Source: Cenococcum geophilum
Taxonomy: Eukaryota
NCBI GenBank assembly: GCA_050273025.1
Contig: CP158635.1
Coordinates: 9,300,001-9,364,000, forward strand
DNA: 64,000 nt
Direction of reading: 5' to 3'
Under the pieces are notes generated by a model. That model searched no databases. It was not told where the DNA came from and was given only the letters and a program-made list of their open reading frames with translations. The stretch's first letter is position 1. Every line of letters begins with the position of its first letter. Positions 51,307 through 64,000 of the stretch are shown here, piece after piece. The translations under genes were made by a program, and so were the position numbers.

Positions 51307-53236
51307 TGTTATGGAACCCTACCGTAGGGGCCTTTATAGGAGAGCCCCGTGCTCTTACGTATACCTTATATATAGCTTATATTAGCTACGCGTAGGTATA
51401 TTACCTCCTTACGCCCTTAACCCTTACGATTAATCGCGTAACGTCTTGTAGACTCCTTGAATATATACGCTCTATAGCTACTACCCCCGTTCTATAACAT
51501 TATATTATGCCTTTTTACTACTAACGCTTAGCCTATAACTAATTCTATATCTTTATAATACTATAGGCGCTACTAAAAGCAGCGTATTTACAAATTACCT
51601 TACTTTATACTTCTAAGGAACCTATAATAGTAAGACGATATTCCTTACTAGCTACTATATTAAACCTAAAGAATAATCTAATACCTATACTTAACCTACG
51701 ACGCCAATTAATCCTAGGAGAATTTAATTTATTAGACTTAGCCTTAACCCCTAAGAAGATAGACACTAATAATGTCTTATCTTTTATTAATTATATAACT
51801 ACGGATAAGTAAATAAAAGGGCTACTATTTATTAAAATCAAAATATAAGACGCCGAGACGTTTATAAAAATAGTAGTATAAGACTTTAATAAATACTACT
51901 ACCTAAAGCTTATATAAGCTAAGATGCGTACTGCCTAAGATTATAATATTATCTAAGACCTATAAGCTTATAAGGCGCTCGCTAATAATACACGTTAAGA
52001 AACTAAAGATAACCCCCGCGTGTCTAAACGCGACGTTTAATAGTTAAAGAAGAATAAGATTGTACTAATTGCTACAGTCACTAAAAAAGAAGGTATAATT
52101 AAATACTTATAATCTTAGCTTAATAAGCACATTTATAATAAACGCTACCTAAGTCTCTATACCTCCAGCAACTTTACCTACTTAACACTTAATAAAGGGT
52201 TGGCGCCAAGCAGCTTTACCTAATAAAAACCCCTACTAAAGTAGTAATAATAAAAGCTATAATAATTGGGCCTAAACTGCTACTATAGGGTCTAATATAC
52301 GTTACCTTAATCCCTTAGTTTTTTAGGGAAACTATAAGGAATATAGCTACTAAAAGATACAAATCCGCAAGAAATTAACTTAGAGCGCCTACCTTTTTCC
52401 TACGGAAGATACTAAGATTGGCTATATTATTGGGCGAATAAAGGGTATACTATTTAATAGACTCTTCGCCTAATAGGAGACTAGTAGCCCCTAGAAGTAG
52501 TAGTCTTACTAAAAAGTCCTTAATAATCTTAATTTAATATACCGTAACTATAACCTACTAGCTACTAATTAAGCTAAACTATATACCCCAAAGATAAGCC
52601 CTATTAAATTATTTAATAAGTTTTATATTAAATTCTAGGAATACACCAAAGTACTTACTTAAGATAATACTAAAGACTAAAAGGATCTTCTTAAAAAAGT
52701 TACCTATTGCCTTAGTTACGCAGCCGCTAGCTATAACTATAATAATATTTATAAGATAGTAGCAGCCCTATAAAAGATTAAATAACGACTAAATTAGATT
52801 ACTACTGCTAATTTTTACCCAAAGACCTCTTTATAAAAGCCTTTTAGGCCTACTAAACTTATATATACTAAGCTACTAACGCCTACTACCTTAAGTACTA
52901 CTAGAGCTAATATTAACCTCTCTATACTAACCTTTCTGTAAAAACTCCTAGACGGAGAGCGCGAGCTACTCTAGAAACTAAAATACTACTATAGATGCCG
53001 TTAAAAAGGCTATTATTATAATAACTTAAACTACCTAATAGCTAGGTTTAATACCTGCCGCCTAATATCTAACCTAATACCCTAAATACTAAATACATTA
53101 CTATACGCTACTACCATATAAGATAAAAATATAGTAATAGTAGTAGAATTAGATAGAGAAGTGGAAAACGCTAAATCCTAGCCCTAAGTTATAGGTTAGG
53201 ACGCCCTAATAATAGAGAGATCTATATATTAGCCTA
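51307..53236 (+). mobile_element. Ty3/Gypsy family E, copy a: 5' LTR (51307-51499) and gag, cut off just after the gag/pol junction
   Basis: Collinear with copy b (53443 onward, LINE and solo LTR removed) until ~53236. Confidence 0.88.
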
Positions 53237-54227
53237 ATATGCTTAATTTATATTTTCCTATTAAAGCTATTACAGGAGCTCTTGCTGTACCCGGCTTAAA
53301 AAGACTAAAACCAACCAAAAGAACCCTGAAAAACACCTAGAGAATCCCCCTAAAATGCATACATCGCAGGGGAGGCACATGTTAAGCGACGGTGGTTTGT
53401 ACTTGCGCGCGTTTACCAGAACCACGCCTAGCAATAGACCTCTATCACGGAACCCTACCATAGGGGCCTCTATAGGAGAGCCCCGTGCTCTTATATACAC
53501 CTCACGTACAGCTTATGTCAGCTACGCGTAGGTATATCACCTCCTTACGCCCTCGACCCTTATAATTGATCGCGTAACGTCTTGTAGACTCCTCGAATAC
53601 ATACGCTTTATAGCCACTGCCCCCGTCCCGTGACATTACGTTACGCCTTTTTTACTACTAACGCTTAGCCTACGACCAATTCTACGTCTCTATAATACTA
53701 TAGGCGCTACTAAAAGCAGCGTGTCTACGAATTACCTTACTTTATACTTCTAAGGAACCCATAATAGTAAGACAATATCCCTTACTAGCTACTATATTAA
53801 ACCTAAAGAATAATCTAATACCTATACTTAACCTACGACGCCAATTAAACCCAGGAGAATTTAATTTATTAGCCCTAGCCTTAACCCCTAAGAAGACGGA
53901 CACTAATAATATCTTATCTTTTATTAACTATATAACTACGGACAAGTAAATAGAAGGGCTACTATCTATTAAAATTAAAATATAAGACGCTAAGATATTT
54001 ATAAAAATGGTAGCATAAGACCTTAATAAATACTACTACCTTTTATAGAACTACTACCTAAAGCTTATATAAGCCGAAATACGTACTGCCTAAGATCGCG
54101 ATATTATCTAAGACCTATAAGCTTATAAGGCGCTCGCCAATAATACACGTTAAGAAACTAAAGATAACCTCTATATATCTAAACGCGACGTCTAATAGTT
54201 AAAGAAGGCATAATTAAATACCTATAA

Positions 54228-54421
54228 TGTAACCGACTACCGGTACTGATACCCTACCAAAACACAACCCTGTCTCGACTGCGTATCACCCTGTTTTAGC
54301 TACGCATTGGTACCCCCATTCATCTTATTACCTGCACCTTTTTCATGTATTTATACTACTTGATTTCCATAGATTTACAATTAAGTTGCTCGTTCAATTC
54401 CTATATACTGCAAAGCTTATA
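54228..54421. mobile_element. Solo LTR, 194 bp, related to 47820-48000
   Basis: TGTAACCGACTAC...AAAGCTTATA; TSD TATAA. Confidence 0.9.
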
Positions 54422-54960
54422 TATAATCTTAGCTTAACGAGCACATTTATAATAACGCTAGATACCTCTTTACTATATATAACGCTACCTAAGTCTCTAC
54501 GCCCCTAGTAACTTTACCTACTTAACGCTTAATAGAGGGCTAGCGCTAAGCAGCTTTACTTAATAGGAACCTCTACTAAAGCAACAATAATAAAAGCTAT
54601 AATAATTAGACCTAGACTGCTACCATAGGGTCTAATACACGCTACTTTAATCCCCTAGTTTTTTAGGGAGACCGTAAGGAATACAGCTACTAAAAGATGT
54701 AAATCCGCGAGAAACTAACTTAGAGCGCCTGCATTTTTTCTACGGAAAATACTAAGATCGGCTATATTATCGGGCGAATAAAGGGTATACTATTTAATAG
54801 ACTCTTCGCCTAACAGGAGACTAGTAGCCCCTAGAAGTAGCAGTCCTACTAAAAAGTCTATAATAATCTTAACCTAATATACTGTGACCACGACCTACTA
54901 GCTACTAACTAAGCTAAACTACGTGCCCTAAATATAAGCCCTACTAAATTATTTAATAAG

Positions 54961-57900
54961 AAGTTTTGCCGAAAAAGCCGCTATAGCAGTAGAACATGCC
55001 TACCACTTATCTAATAAAGAAATAACCACTTCCAATTAAATTTATAGTATAATATGCCCTAGACCTAATGTACGCATTATAGCTAGAAAGCCTACGCGGT
55101 ATAGGAGGGTCGCAGTAGACTTAAAGGTGGGTTAATATATAGGAGAACGCGATACTATAATAAACCTAATAAGGGGCGACCTAACTATAATAACCAAAGG
55201 ATAACGACCAGAAATGGTAGAAACTTATAAACATTCTAAAAGATATTAAGGAAGATTTAGGGAAGGGAGAAGACGAACACCTATATATAGGGGTAGCGCG
55301 TGCGGCCTAATAGGCAGGACAAATTGCTTAGAAGCTTTGGTTAAGATATAATAGGAATTAAAACGCGGTAGAGAATAGGCTTAGGCGTATTAAAGATGCT
55401 ATAAAATTATAGGGAATATAAATAGTATAGGCAACAAAGCTATTATGGGCTAATATTGCTGTAAGCGCCTAACTGGCGACTCTCTAGCGCATCCCTAGCG
55501 TGGCTCCGGTAAGAGCTATAGTTAGGGTTAAAATACTAGAGGTAGTAGGAGCAGAACTAGAATAGATTTTTATATCGATTAAGGCTTATATACTAAGGGC
55601 AGTGGCGATAAGGGTACTATAAAGCGGCGATATAGAAGTTACGCTCCTAAACTAGCAGGTAAAGGACTAGGTTATTACCTAGGAAGACACCCCTAAGTAT
55701 AAGATCCTCTAATAGGACTACCTAGTTAAGGTAATAGGGGTACCCCTTAGTATATAAGTAGAAAGTAGGCAAGGCACTATAAATATATAACTTATCTAGA
55801 GGATTACAGAGGCTACTAAAAAGCTAGCCCTAGGAATTACTATAACTAGAGTTATATGGCTTAATAAGGAACGTATAATATATATAGGGGAGTTACTAGG
55901 GTTCTAAAGGGTTAAAACGCGGGGCACCCTAATAATTAGCCTACTAATGTAAGAGATATAGGTAGCATTGGCTCGTAAGGGAGTAGTTATAAATAGCCTC
56001 TGGTATAAAGCCCGGCTCTACTACTACGGAGTTTAAGTTAAGCGGTGCTTTAGATATTAATAGTGGGGATATACCTAGAGCTAATGCGGGAGGCCGGTAA
56101 GGTGTGGAGAGTATATAGATACCTATAATATTAAGGATTGCCCTAAGGATAAAGGAGCTAGATATATAAACTATGGTAAAGAATATAGAGCATGGCAGAA
56201 GATAGCGTGTAAAACCTACTAGGTATACCTAGAAGCCACAAAAATAAAATAAGCCTAGCTATACTAGATTACAGCTGCGCTATAGGGAAATGCCCATAAG
56301 GGGAAGGAGATAAGTAGGGTGGGTAAAGGTAGGTAGATAGTCGCTTAACGGAAGAGACCTAAGGTACCTACCCTAGTAGAAGCATTATCTACCTAACTAG
56401 CAGCAAAATAAGGGCGTAGGACGCCTATAAAGCAGTACTAACGCGGCTAGAGACCTATTCTAGCAGAAAATCCCAACTACTATAGCCCTGCCTAAGACAC
56501 CCTAAATATAAAGAGAAGACGCCTATAAGTTACCAGACGAGATATAAAAGGAATAATAATAGTATAATATAACTGCGGACACTTAAACTATAGAGTAACG
56601 CGCCCTTTATTTAATAGCTTTAGCCTAAAAGAATACCTAATAATAGCTTTATAAGAACTAGTATATAATAAGTAAACCTAGAAAATATACTAACTAAAAG
56701 GGTACTACCTCCTATACGAACTAGACCCGGCTACCTGTATATACTTCCTAATTAGTTAACGCATTAGTATATAGGTGTAGAGCTACTAACCTATTAGCCC
56801 TAATATAGCTAAAATATAAATAGCTACAGATAGGGGCTAAATTAGTATAATTAACGTCTATAACCTAAATGATAATAGACCCTAGATAACTATATAGGGA
56901 CTTTTATAATACACTATTAATATAGTAGAAGGCGAGATAATAGTCCTAGGGGACTTTAATATATACTATATAGTATAGGCAACTTACCTACTTAACGAAC
57001 TAGAAATGCGAGGCCTTGTCCTTACTACCCTAACTAGTAAACCTACCTAGAAAAGGGGGACTTAAGAGAGTATAATTGACCTAACATTTATATAAGAAGC
57101 ACTTGTAGACTGGCTAGAGTTCTGTAGAATAGAAAATATATAGGTAATAACTGCAGACTATATACCTATACGGATTACCCTTAATATTAACGCCTTAGTG
57201 TAACGAGCCCGCCGGAGATACGCTATATAAAAATTTACCTAGGAAAAATATTCCTAAGAAATTACTAATAGATTAGTAATAATACCGGAGGTAACGCTAG
57301 AGGACATCTAGAGAACTATAAGTAATTGCTTAAAAGAGTACTGCCTAAAAGCGCAACTTAGTAAACACGTATAACGGGGATGGTTGCTAGAGGTAGTATA
57401 GCTACTCGCAGGCATAAGGAGGGTAAGGCGATAGTATAGCGTAATAGGCGATGCCTATTACTATTTGAGCTATATAGCTTTAAAAAATAGGCTTAAGAAG
57501 ACAATATAGAAGGAGAATAAAAATAGCTAGTACTAATTCCTAGAGGAAACTACCTTAAACCCTACTAAACTATATAACTAAGGTCTTTAGCGCCTATTAA
57601 AGTGGAGCAGAAGAGCTATAGGGGAAACGCTAGGCGACCCCTACCTACCTACACTCCGCTAAATAGAATAAGACTAGTATATAAATGATAACGGGGAAAA
57701 AAATAAAAATACTTATAGAAAGATTCTTTCTAGGCGCGTACTAAGTGGACCTATAGGACATTAGCAGCTAAGACCTCCCCCTACTTCTAGAGATAAGCTA
57801 ATTGTCTTACTAAAGGAAATAAAAGATGCTATACGGAAACTCCCTACTAGTAAAGTAGCTAGGCTAGATAGAATCCTAAATAAGGCAATTAAAGCTGTAT

Positions 57901-60123
57901 TAGAGGCTGTAGCTATATTTTTAGCGAATGCCGTAACTACCTGCCTCCTTAAAGGTAAGATACTAGAATGCTATAAAGAAATAATTATAGTTATACTCTA
58001 AAAGGCAAATAAAAAGGACTACTCCCTACTAAAAAGCTACTAACTAGTCGCCCTTAAAAACACACTAGGAAAGATACTAGAAAAAATAGTAGTAGAACGA
58101 ATGTAAGAGGCTGTAAAGATATAAGGGCTATTACCGTGGACATAAATGGGAGTAAGAAAGAAGCGATTAACCCTTTTAGCCCTCTCCCTAATTACCTCTA
58201 GTGTTTAGGCGGCGTGGTAGGCCCGCCTAGGCTGCGTAGTATCTATACTAAGCCTAGATATAAGTAGAGCCTTTAACTATATATTATATAAGAGGCTCCT
58301 ATAGATCCTAAGAAAGAAGGGCCTACTAAACTAGATGATTAAGTTTACCTAAGCCTTCCTAATAGGACGCTTTACTAAAATAGTATTTAAGGGATATAAA
58401 AGCGAAATAATACTAATACCTATAGGCATTCTATAAGGATCTCCCCTTTTACTAATCTTATTCCTATTCTTTATATCTAAGCTTCTAGAGATATTCAATA
58501 GTAACTAAGAAATAGTTGCCCTAGGGTTTATAGACAATATAAACCTTATTATATGGGGAGATATAGTAGTAGAAAACTGCATTAGGCTAAATTAAGTATA
58601 TAATAGGTGTATTGCTTAGGCAAAATGATATAGCGTTAAATTTGCACCAGATAAATACTAGCTTATCTACTTTATAAGAAAAAGGAGGGTAAATAACAAC
58701 CTTATATTAATGGTAAGTATCTAGGGCTGCAAAGTAAAACCAGAAACTACCCTTAAGGTCCTAGGGGTATAGGTAGACGCTAAACTAAACTAGAATACGT
58801 AAATTATATAGGCGACCTATAGGGGAGCAGCGGCCTTTACAGCGGTATTATAAATAGTAGCTTTAACCTAGGGACCCTCTTTTAGACGCACACGACTACT
58901 ATATATAGTAGTAGTAAGAGTAATAATGCTCTACGGCGCCTAGATTTGGGGTATAGGTCTAAACAGTAAACTACTAGCAAAAAGCTCCCTAGCGCCCCTA
59001 GAGAAACTATAAAATTAATGCCTATGTAGAATTACAGGGGCCTATAAAAGGACACCACGCGCCGCACTAGAACGCGAAGTAGTAGTACCGCTACTAGATA
59101 TATATATAGAAGCAACCGCTATATAGAGAGCATTTACAGTATAAGACCACCCGGTAAAGAAGGAGATTTACTAAATACTCGAACGTATATAAGGAGTGAA
59201 GGCTATATAAAGGAGTACTACGCCTAAGCTTATAAGCTAGGAGACCCTATACCTATAGGTAGTAGAAAGGGAATAGGAAATATAGGAGCTATTATAACAC
59301 TAAGCGGAGAACTGAGGCCGCACTAGTAGAGCACCCCCACGATAGAGGTTAGGGGGCTATTAATATAAGTAGAGATCCACCACATGCATCGCAAGATAGG
59401 CAGATATTAAGTAGAAACAACGCTAGAAGAAGGCCGCGAAAGCATAAAGTATAGTTATATAGAATACCCTATAGTTAAAGTTAACTTTCCCCCTATATAA
59501 AGGACAGACGAAGGTAGAATTTATAGCCGTATTTTTACTATAGACGAAGATCCTAGGGCTAAATGTATAGCTAGCAAGCATTTACGTACTAAATACTACA
59601 CCATACTGCACCTGTGGATGGCCTATATAGTTAGTACGCCATATAATACTATTTTATAACCACTGTATAGAAAGAGATTAGCTATTTGCTAGGGTGGGTA
59701 TAAATAATATTACCTAAATACTCTTTATAGGTAGGGGTCTTTATATAGCAGTAAAATGGCTTATAGGTTAAGGAGTTCTCTAGCAGTTCTAGGTAGTGTA
59801 TAAGATTTAATAGGAGGATATAGGAGGATACGCCCTACTTTAGGCCCTTAGGGACTGGACACTATTGCTAAGCTAAAGGCGGCGCGTAGGCGAACTACTA
59901 GACCCTTCCTCTACCCCCTAAATCTTCGAAGATATCTTAAAAGTATAGTATAAAAGGTAGACAAACTATAAAGGTAAATAGGCTAAGCAAAGGCGGAGCG
60001 CGTAAAACCAGCCAGAAGGTTAAACTAAGGTTTTCCCCTTACTAGGGATTTTTCCTATAAATAGAAGGTATAAGCCTATATAGATTTAGAAAAGGGACTA
60101 AATTGGGCAATAAATAGAAAAAA
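54961..60123 (+). mobile_element. Tad1-like LINE (second family), RIP-inactivated
   Basis: Degenerate ~19-bp TSD TA(C/T)TAAATTATTTA(A/T)TAA(G/A) at a site that is single-copy in Gypsy E copy a; ORF1 with three knuckles ~56040-56210; ORF2 YNCGH ~56570, KANKKDYSL, GIL*GSPLLLILFLFFI and LGFIDNINL; A-rich tail. Confidence 0.93.
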
Positions 60124-63100
60124 TATTAAATTATTTATTAAATTTTATATTAAATTCTAGGAATATACCAGAGCCCTTACCTAAGATAATACTAAAGACT
60201 AAAAGGACCTCCTTAAAAAAGTTACTTATTGCCTTAGTTACGCAGCCGCCAGCTATAACTATAACAATGTTTATAATATAGTAGCAGCTCTATAAAAGAT
60301 TAAACAACGACTAAATTAAATTGCTACTACTAACTCTTACCTAAAGACCTCTTTATAGAAGCCCCCTAGGCCTACTAAACCCATATATACTAAACCACTA
60401 ACGCCTACTCCTTTAAGTACTACCGGAACTAATATTAATTTCTCTATACTAACCTTTCTATAAAAACTCCTAAATAAAGAGCGCAAGCTACTTTAGAAAC
60501 TAGAACGCTACTATAGATGCTGTTAAAAAGGCTATTATTATAATAACCTAAACTACCTAATAGCTAGGTTTAGTAGCCGCCGCCTAATACCTAACTTAAT
60601 ATCCTAAACACTAAATATATTACTACGCGCCACTACCGTATAAGATAAAGATATAGTAATAGTAGAGTTAGATATAAAAACGGAAAACGCTAAGTCCTAG
60701 CCTTAAGTCACGGGTTAAAACGCCCTAATAATAAAGGGATCTATATATCGGCTTACTTAATAAATAACTCTATAAAGATGAATAAACGGAAATAGATAGT
60801 TTTACCTATAATAGGAACTATTGCTAAAAAATAATATAAAAGCCGTTCTATAATTAATTGTAAAGCTATTAATAAATTAATAAATATCTAATTTATATAT
60901 ACTTATAACCTATCTACCTTACCCCTTACTAAAGCCCGCGCCCTATAACTCGCTAACGGTAATTATACTATATAGGAGATTACCTATATAGTATAACTCT
61001 ACCTAGATATAAATGGGCACTAGGAAGAACTCTAGGCCTATATTATACTACTTACTAACTACTTTATTATCCTTAAAATAAACTAGCTTAAATAATATAA
61101 CCCCGCTATTAACTAGAAGAAGAAAAAAGTAACCTTTAACTTTAAATACTACAGAGAGACTTGCCTAGGGTATAGCCTAGCCGCCTCTATTTACTCCCTA
61201 GGATATTAACCTAAGGAACCCCTTATTATTCTATTTATAACTAACTACTATTATATAAGTGCCCTGGCCTTCTACAATATAGTATATAAGAAAGGCTAAA
61301 CCATTACTATAGCTTCCCAATTATAACTATATAAGCTTAATAAAGAATAGAACTACGTCCTTTATAGTAATAGGATAGATATAGTTGACCTTTTAGAAGA
61401 TAACGCCCCTATAAAACTCTACAGACTTTTACCTTTAAACTTTAAGAAGTTTATAAAGCTTAAAAAAGGACTTACTAATAAAGAACTCTGCAAGCTCCTC
61501 CCTAAGAGGTACTATAACTTTATTAATATATGCTTATAAAAGAGTGTAGATATACTCCCCTATATTAACCTAATAACTATACTATTAATATTAAATAAGG
61601 AAAAATACTACCTTATAAGAGACCCTACCTAATATTAAAAGACAAACTTCTAGTTATAAAAAAGTATATTAACAAGCACCTTAATAAAGGATTTATTCGT
61701 CCTAGTATATTACTAATAGCCGCCCCTATCCTTTTTACTAAGAAGCTAAGAGAAGGTATTTAATTTTACGTTAACTATAAAGGACTTAACGCTATTATAA
61801 TTAAAAACTAATACCTAGTACCGCTTATACGTAAGACCCTTAAGCGGCTTAGTTAAGCTAAAATCTATACTAAGCTTAATATTATTATTACCTTTAACTA
61901 TCTCTAAATACGGGAAGGTAATAAATAGAAAACCGCATTTGCATTGCGCTTTAGCTAATTTAAATATACTATTATACCCTTTAGTATATATAACGGCCCA
62001 GGCACCTTCTAAAGCTATATTAATAACGCCTTACGGGACTACCTTAACGACTTTTACTCTACGTACCTAGATAATATACTTATTTATAGCAATAACCCCT
62101 TTAAGTATACTAAACACGTTTAAAAGGTCCTATAGCGCCTTAGGGACGCAGGACTTTATATTAATTTAAAGAAATGCGAATTCTTAGTTATAGAAGTAAA
62201 ATACCTTAAACTAATTATTACTACTAAGGGTGTCCGTATAGACCCTAAGAAGGTATATATAATTACTAAATAGTAAGCCCCTAATTGCATTCAGGACGTA
62301 TAAGCCTTCCTTAGTTTCGCTAACTTCTATTAAAAATTTATATACAACTTCTTAGGCGTAGTAGTACTATTTATAGCAATAATATAAATAAAGGGCCTTT
62401 CTATAAAAGGAAGAAAAACGTACCTATGCTTTACCTAGACGCTTAAATACGAGAAGGCGTTCTAAGACCTTAAAAATACCTTTACTAAAGTACCTATTCT
62501 GGCTTACTTTATACTAAAATAATAACTCTACCTTAAAACTAACTCCTTAGACCATATTAACGCAGACATTCTTTCCTAGATAGGCGATAACGGTCTTCTT
62601 TACTTATTTATATTCTACTTATCTAAGCTTATATTATAAGAGTATAACTATAAGATCTATAATAAAGAACTCCTTATAATTATATAAGCGTTTAAAGAAT
62701 TCTAACTAGAACTCTCCTTAGTAGAGCCTAACTAGTTAACTAAAGTCCTTACAAACCATCGCAACTTTAAGTACTTTATAACTATAAAGTAGCTAAACTA
62801 ACGCTAAGCACGTTAGAATGAGTTCCTCTTTAGTTTTAACTTTAAAATTACGTATAGACTAGGAGTATAAGGTAATAAACCTAATAGCCTAATACGCCGC
62901 TCGCAAGACCTTCCTTAGTTTAAAGATAACCCCTATAATTAGTTCTAACAATAGATAATCCTAAAAGTACGAAATTTAGCCTTAGGTATACTACCTATAA
63001 TAGAGCTAACTATAACTAAGCTTTATACTATAAAACTAGAGTTACCTCCTAAAATTAATAAGCTTATTACTACGGTATATAACGCCTCTATTAACCTATT

Positions 63101-64000
63101 ACTATATTAACTTATTACTGTAAAGACCGCTAGCGCCTATATACTACCTACTAACCTCTAAAGCTTAGGCTAGATTAATATAGCAGCCTTAAAAGTAAAA
63201 GAGAATAGGCTCTATTATAGAGGCCGCCTATTTATCCCTAACTTAGAAAATTTATAACGGTAACTAATCTAAATGGCCTATAACCTCCGATTAAGCGGCT
63301 ACCTAGGTAAAAAAGGAACCTACGAGCTTCTTAGCTAATACTACTTCTGGCTAAAAATAATAGACTTAGTTAAATACTTTATAGGCGCCTACTATAGTTA
63401 TAAGCGCGCTAAGGCCTTTAATATAAAGTACTAAGGATTACTATACCCTTTACTAGTACCTATATAATAATAGGCAGATATTGCTATAGATTTTATTATT
63501 AACCTACTACTTTATAAACGACATGGCCGTACCTATAAGAACATCCTTAAAATAATATGCCGACTTATAAAAGAGTGCTACTACGTCCCAACTAAAGGCG
63601 TAGCCGTTAGCGACGTTACTAACGCCTTTCTTTACGAAGTTTATTAACTATATAGGTTACCTAACTTAATTACATCTAACTAAGGTATATAATTTAACTC
63701 TTATATATAAAGACGAATCTGCTAACGCCTTAGTATCTCTATTAAAATATTTATATTCTTTTATTATAAAAATACTAGGCAACCAGAAAACGCTAATGCT
63801 AGTATAAAAGCGTACCTATAATAGGTAGTCGCCTATAGTTAAGATAACTAGGTAGATTACCTCCTACTAGGTAAATTTACAACGAATAACTATATCTTAA
63901 CCACTATAGGACTTACCCCGTTCTTCGCAAATAAGGGTTATTACCCCTAATCTAGTATAAAGCCACCAAAACCTATTAATAAAAAACTACTATATAGAAA

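Larger units (their letters stand above)
53443..64000 (+). mobile_element. Ty3/Gypsy family E, copy b, running off the right edge; contains a solo LTR and a LINE
   Basis: 193-bp 5' LTR 53443-53635; gag; protease ~60860; RT YLDNILIYS ~62065; RNase H; integrase ~63290-64000. Confidence 0.92.

Noticed and set aside
51307..53635. Two 193-bp LTRs as a small complete element
   Set aside because: Both are followed by gag, there is no PPT before the second, and there is no TSD; they are two 5' LTRs.
1..64000. Starship or other giant element captain (tyrosine recombinase), or Helitron Rep/helicase
   Set aside because: No recognisable motifs seen; dead host genes alone are not sufficient evidence.
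1..64000. Alternative genetic code or stop-codon readthrough explaining in-frame TAA/TAG
   Set aside because: Stops fall at Gln, Trp and Arg positions and differ between copies, as expected from RIP.

Overview
This is a heavily RIP-mutated, transposon-dense region from a filamentous ascomycete (TpA-rich, CpA/TpG-depleted; homologous copies differ almost only by C>T/G>A transitions). I found no intact protein-coding gene. It holds five Ty3/Gypsy families, one Ty1/Copia element, two Tad1-like LINEs, a hAT element, a DD34E Tc1-like element, a non-autonomous MULE, three solo LTRs and two MITE-like hairpins, mostly nested, with target-site duplications still readable. Three RIP-killed genes lie outside the retroelement cores: a Ca2+/H+ exchanger fragment, a fungal multipass membrane protein, and a Myb/SANT-like DNA-binding gene of the Harbinger ORF1 type. 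Two compound tandem-repeat arrays share one 12-bp unit. The most interesting signals are (i) antisense, intron-containing Cys6-type ORFs in the 3' region of three different Gypsy families, (ii) the Myb/SANT gene directly beside the higher-order 12-bp array, and (iii) a triplicated Cys/His module in an extended Gag. All protein calls come from reading motifs by eye and reversing RIP mentally. No database search was run.
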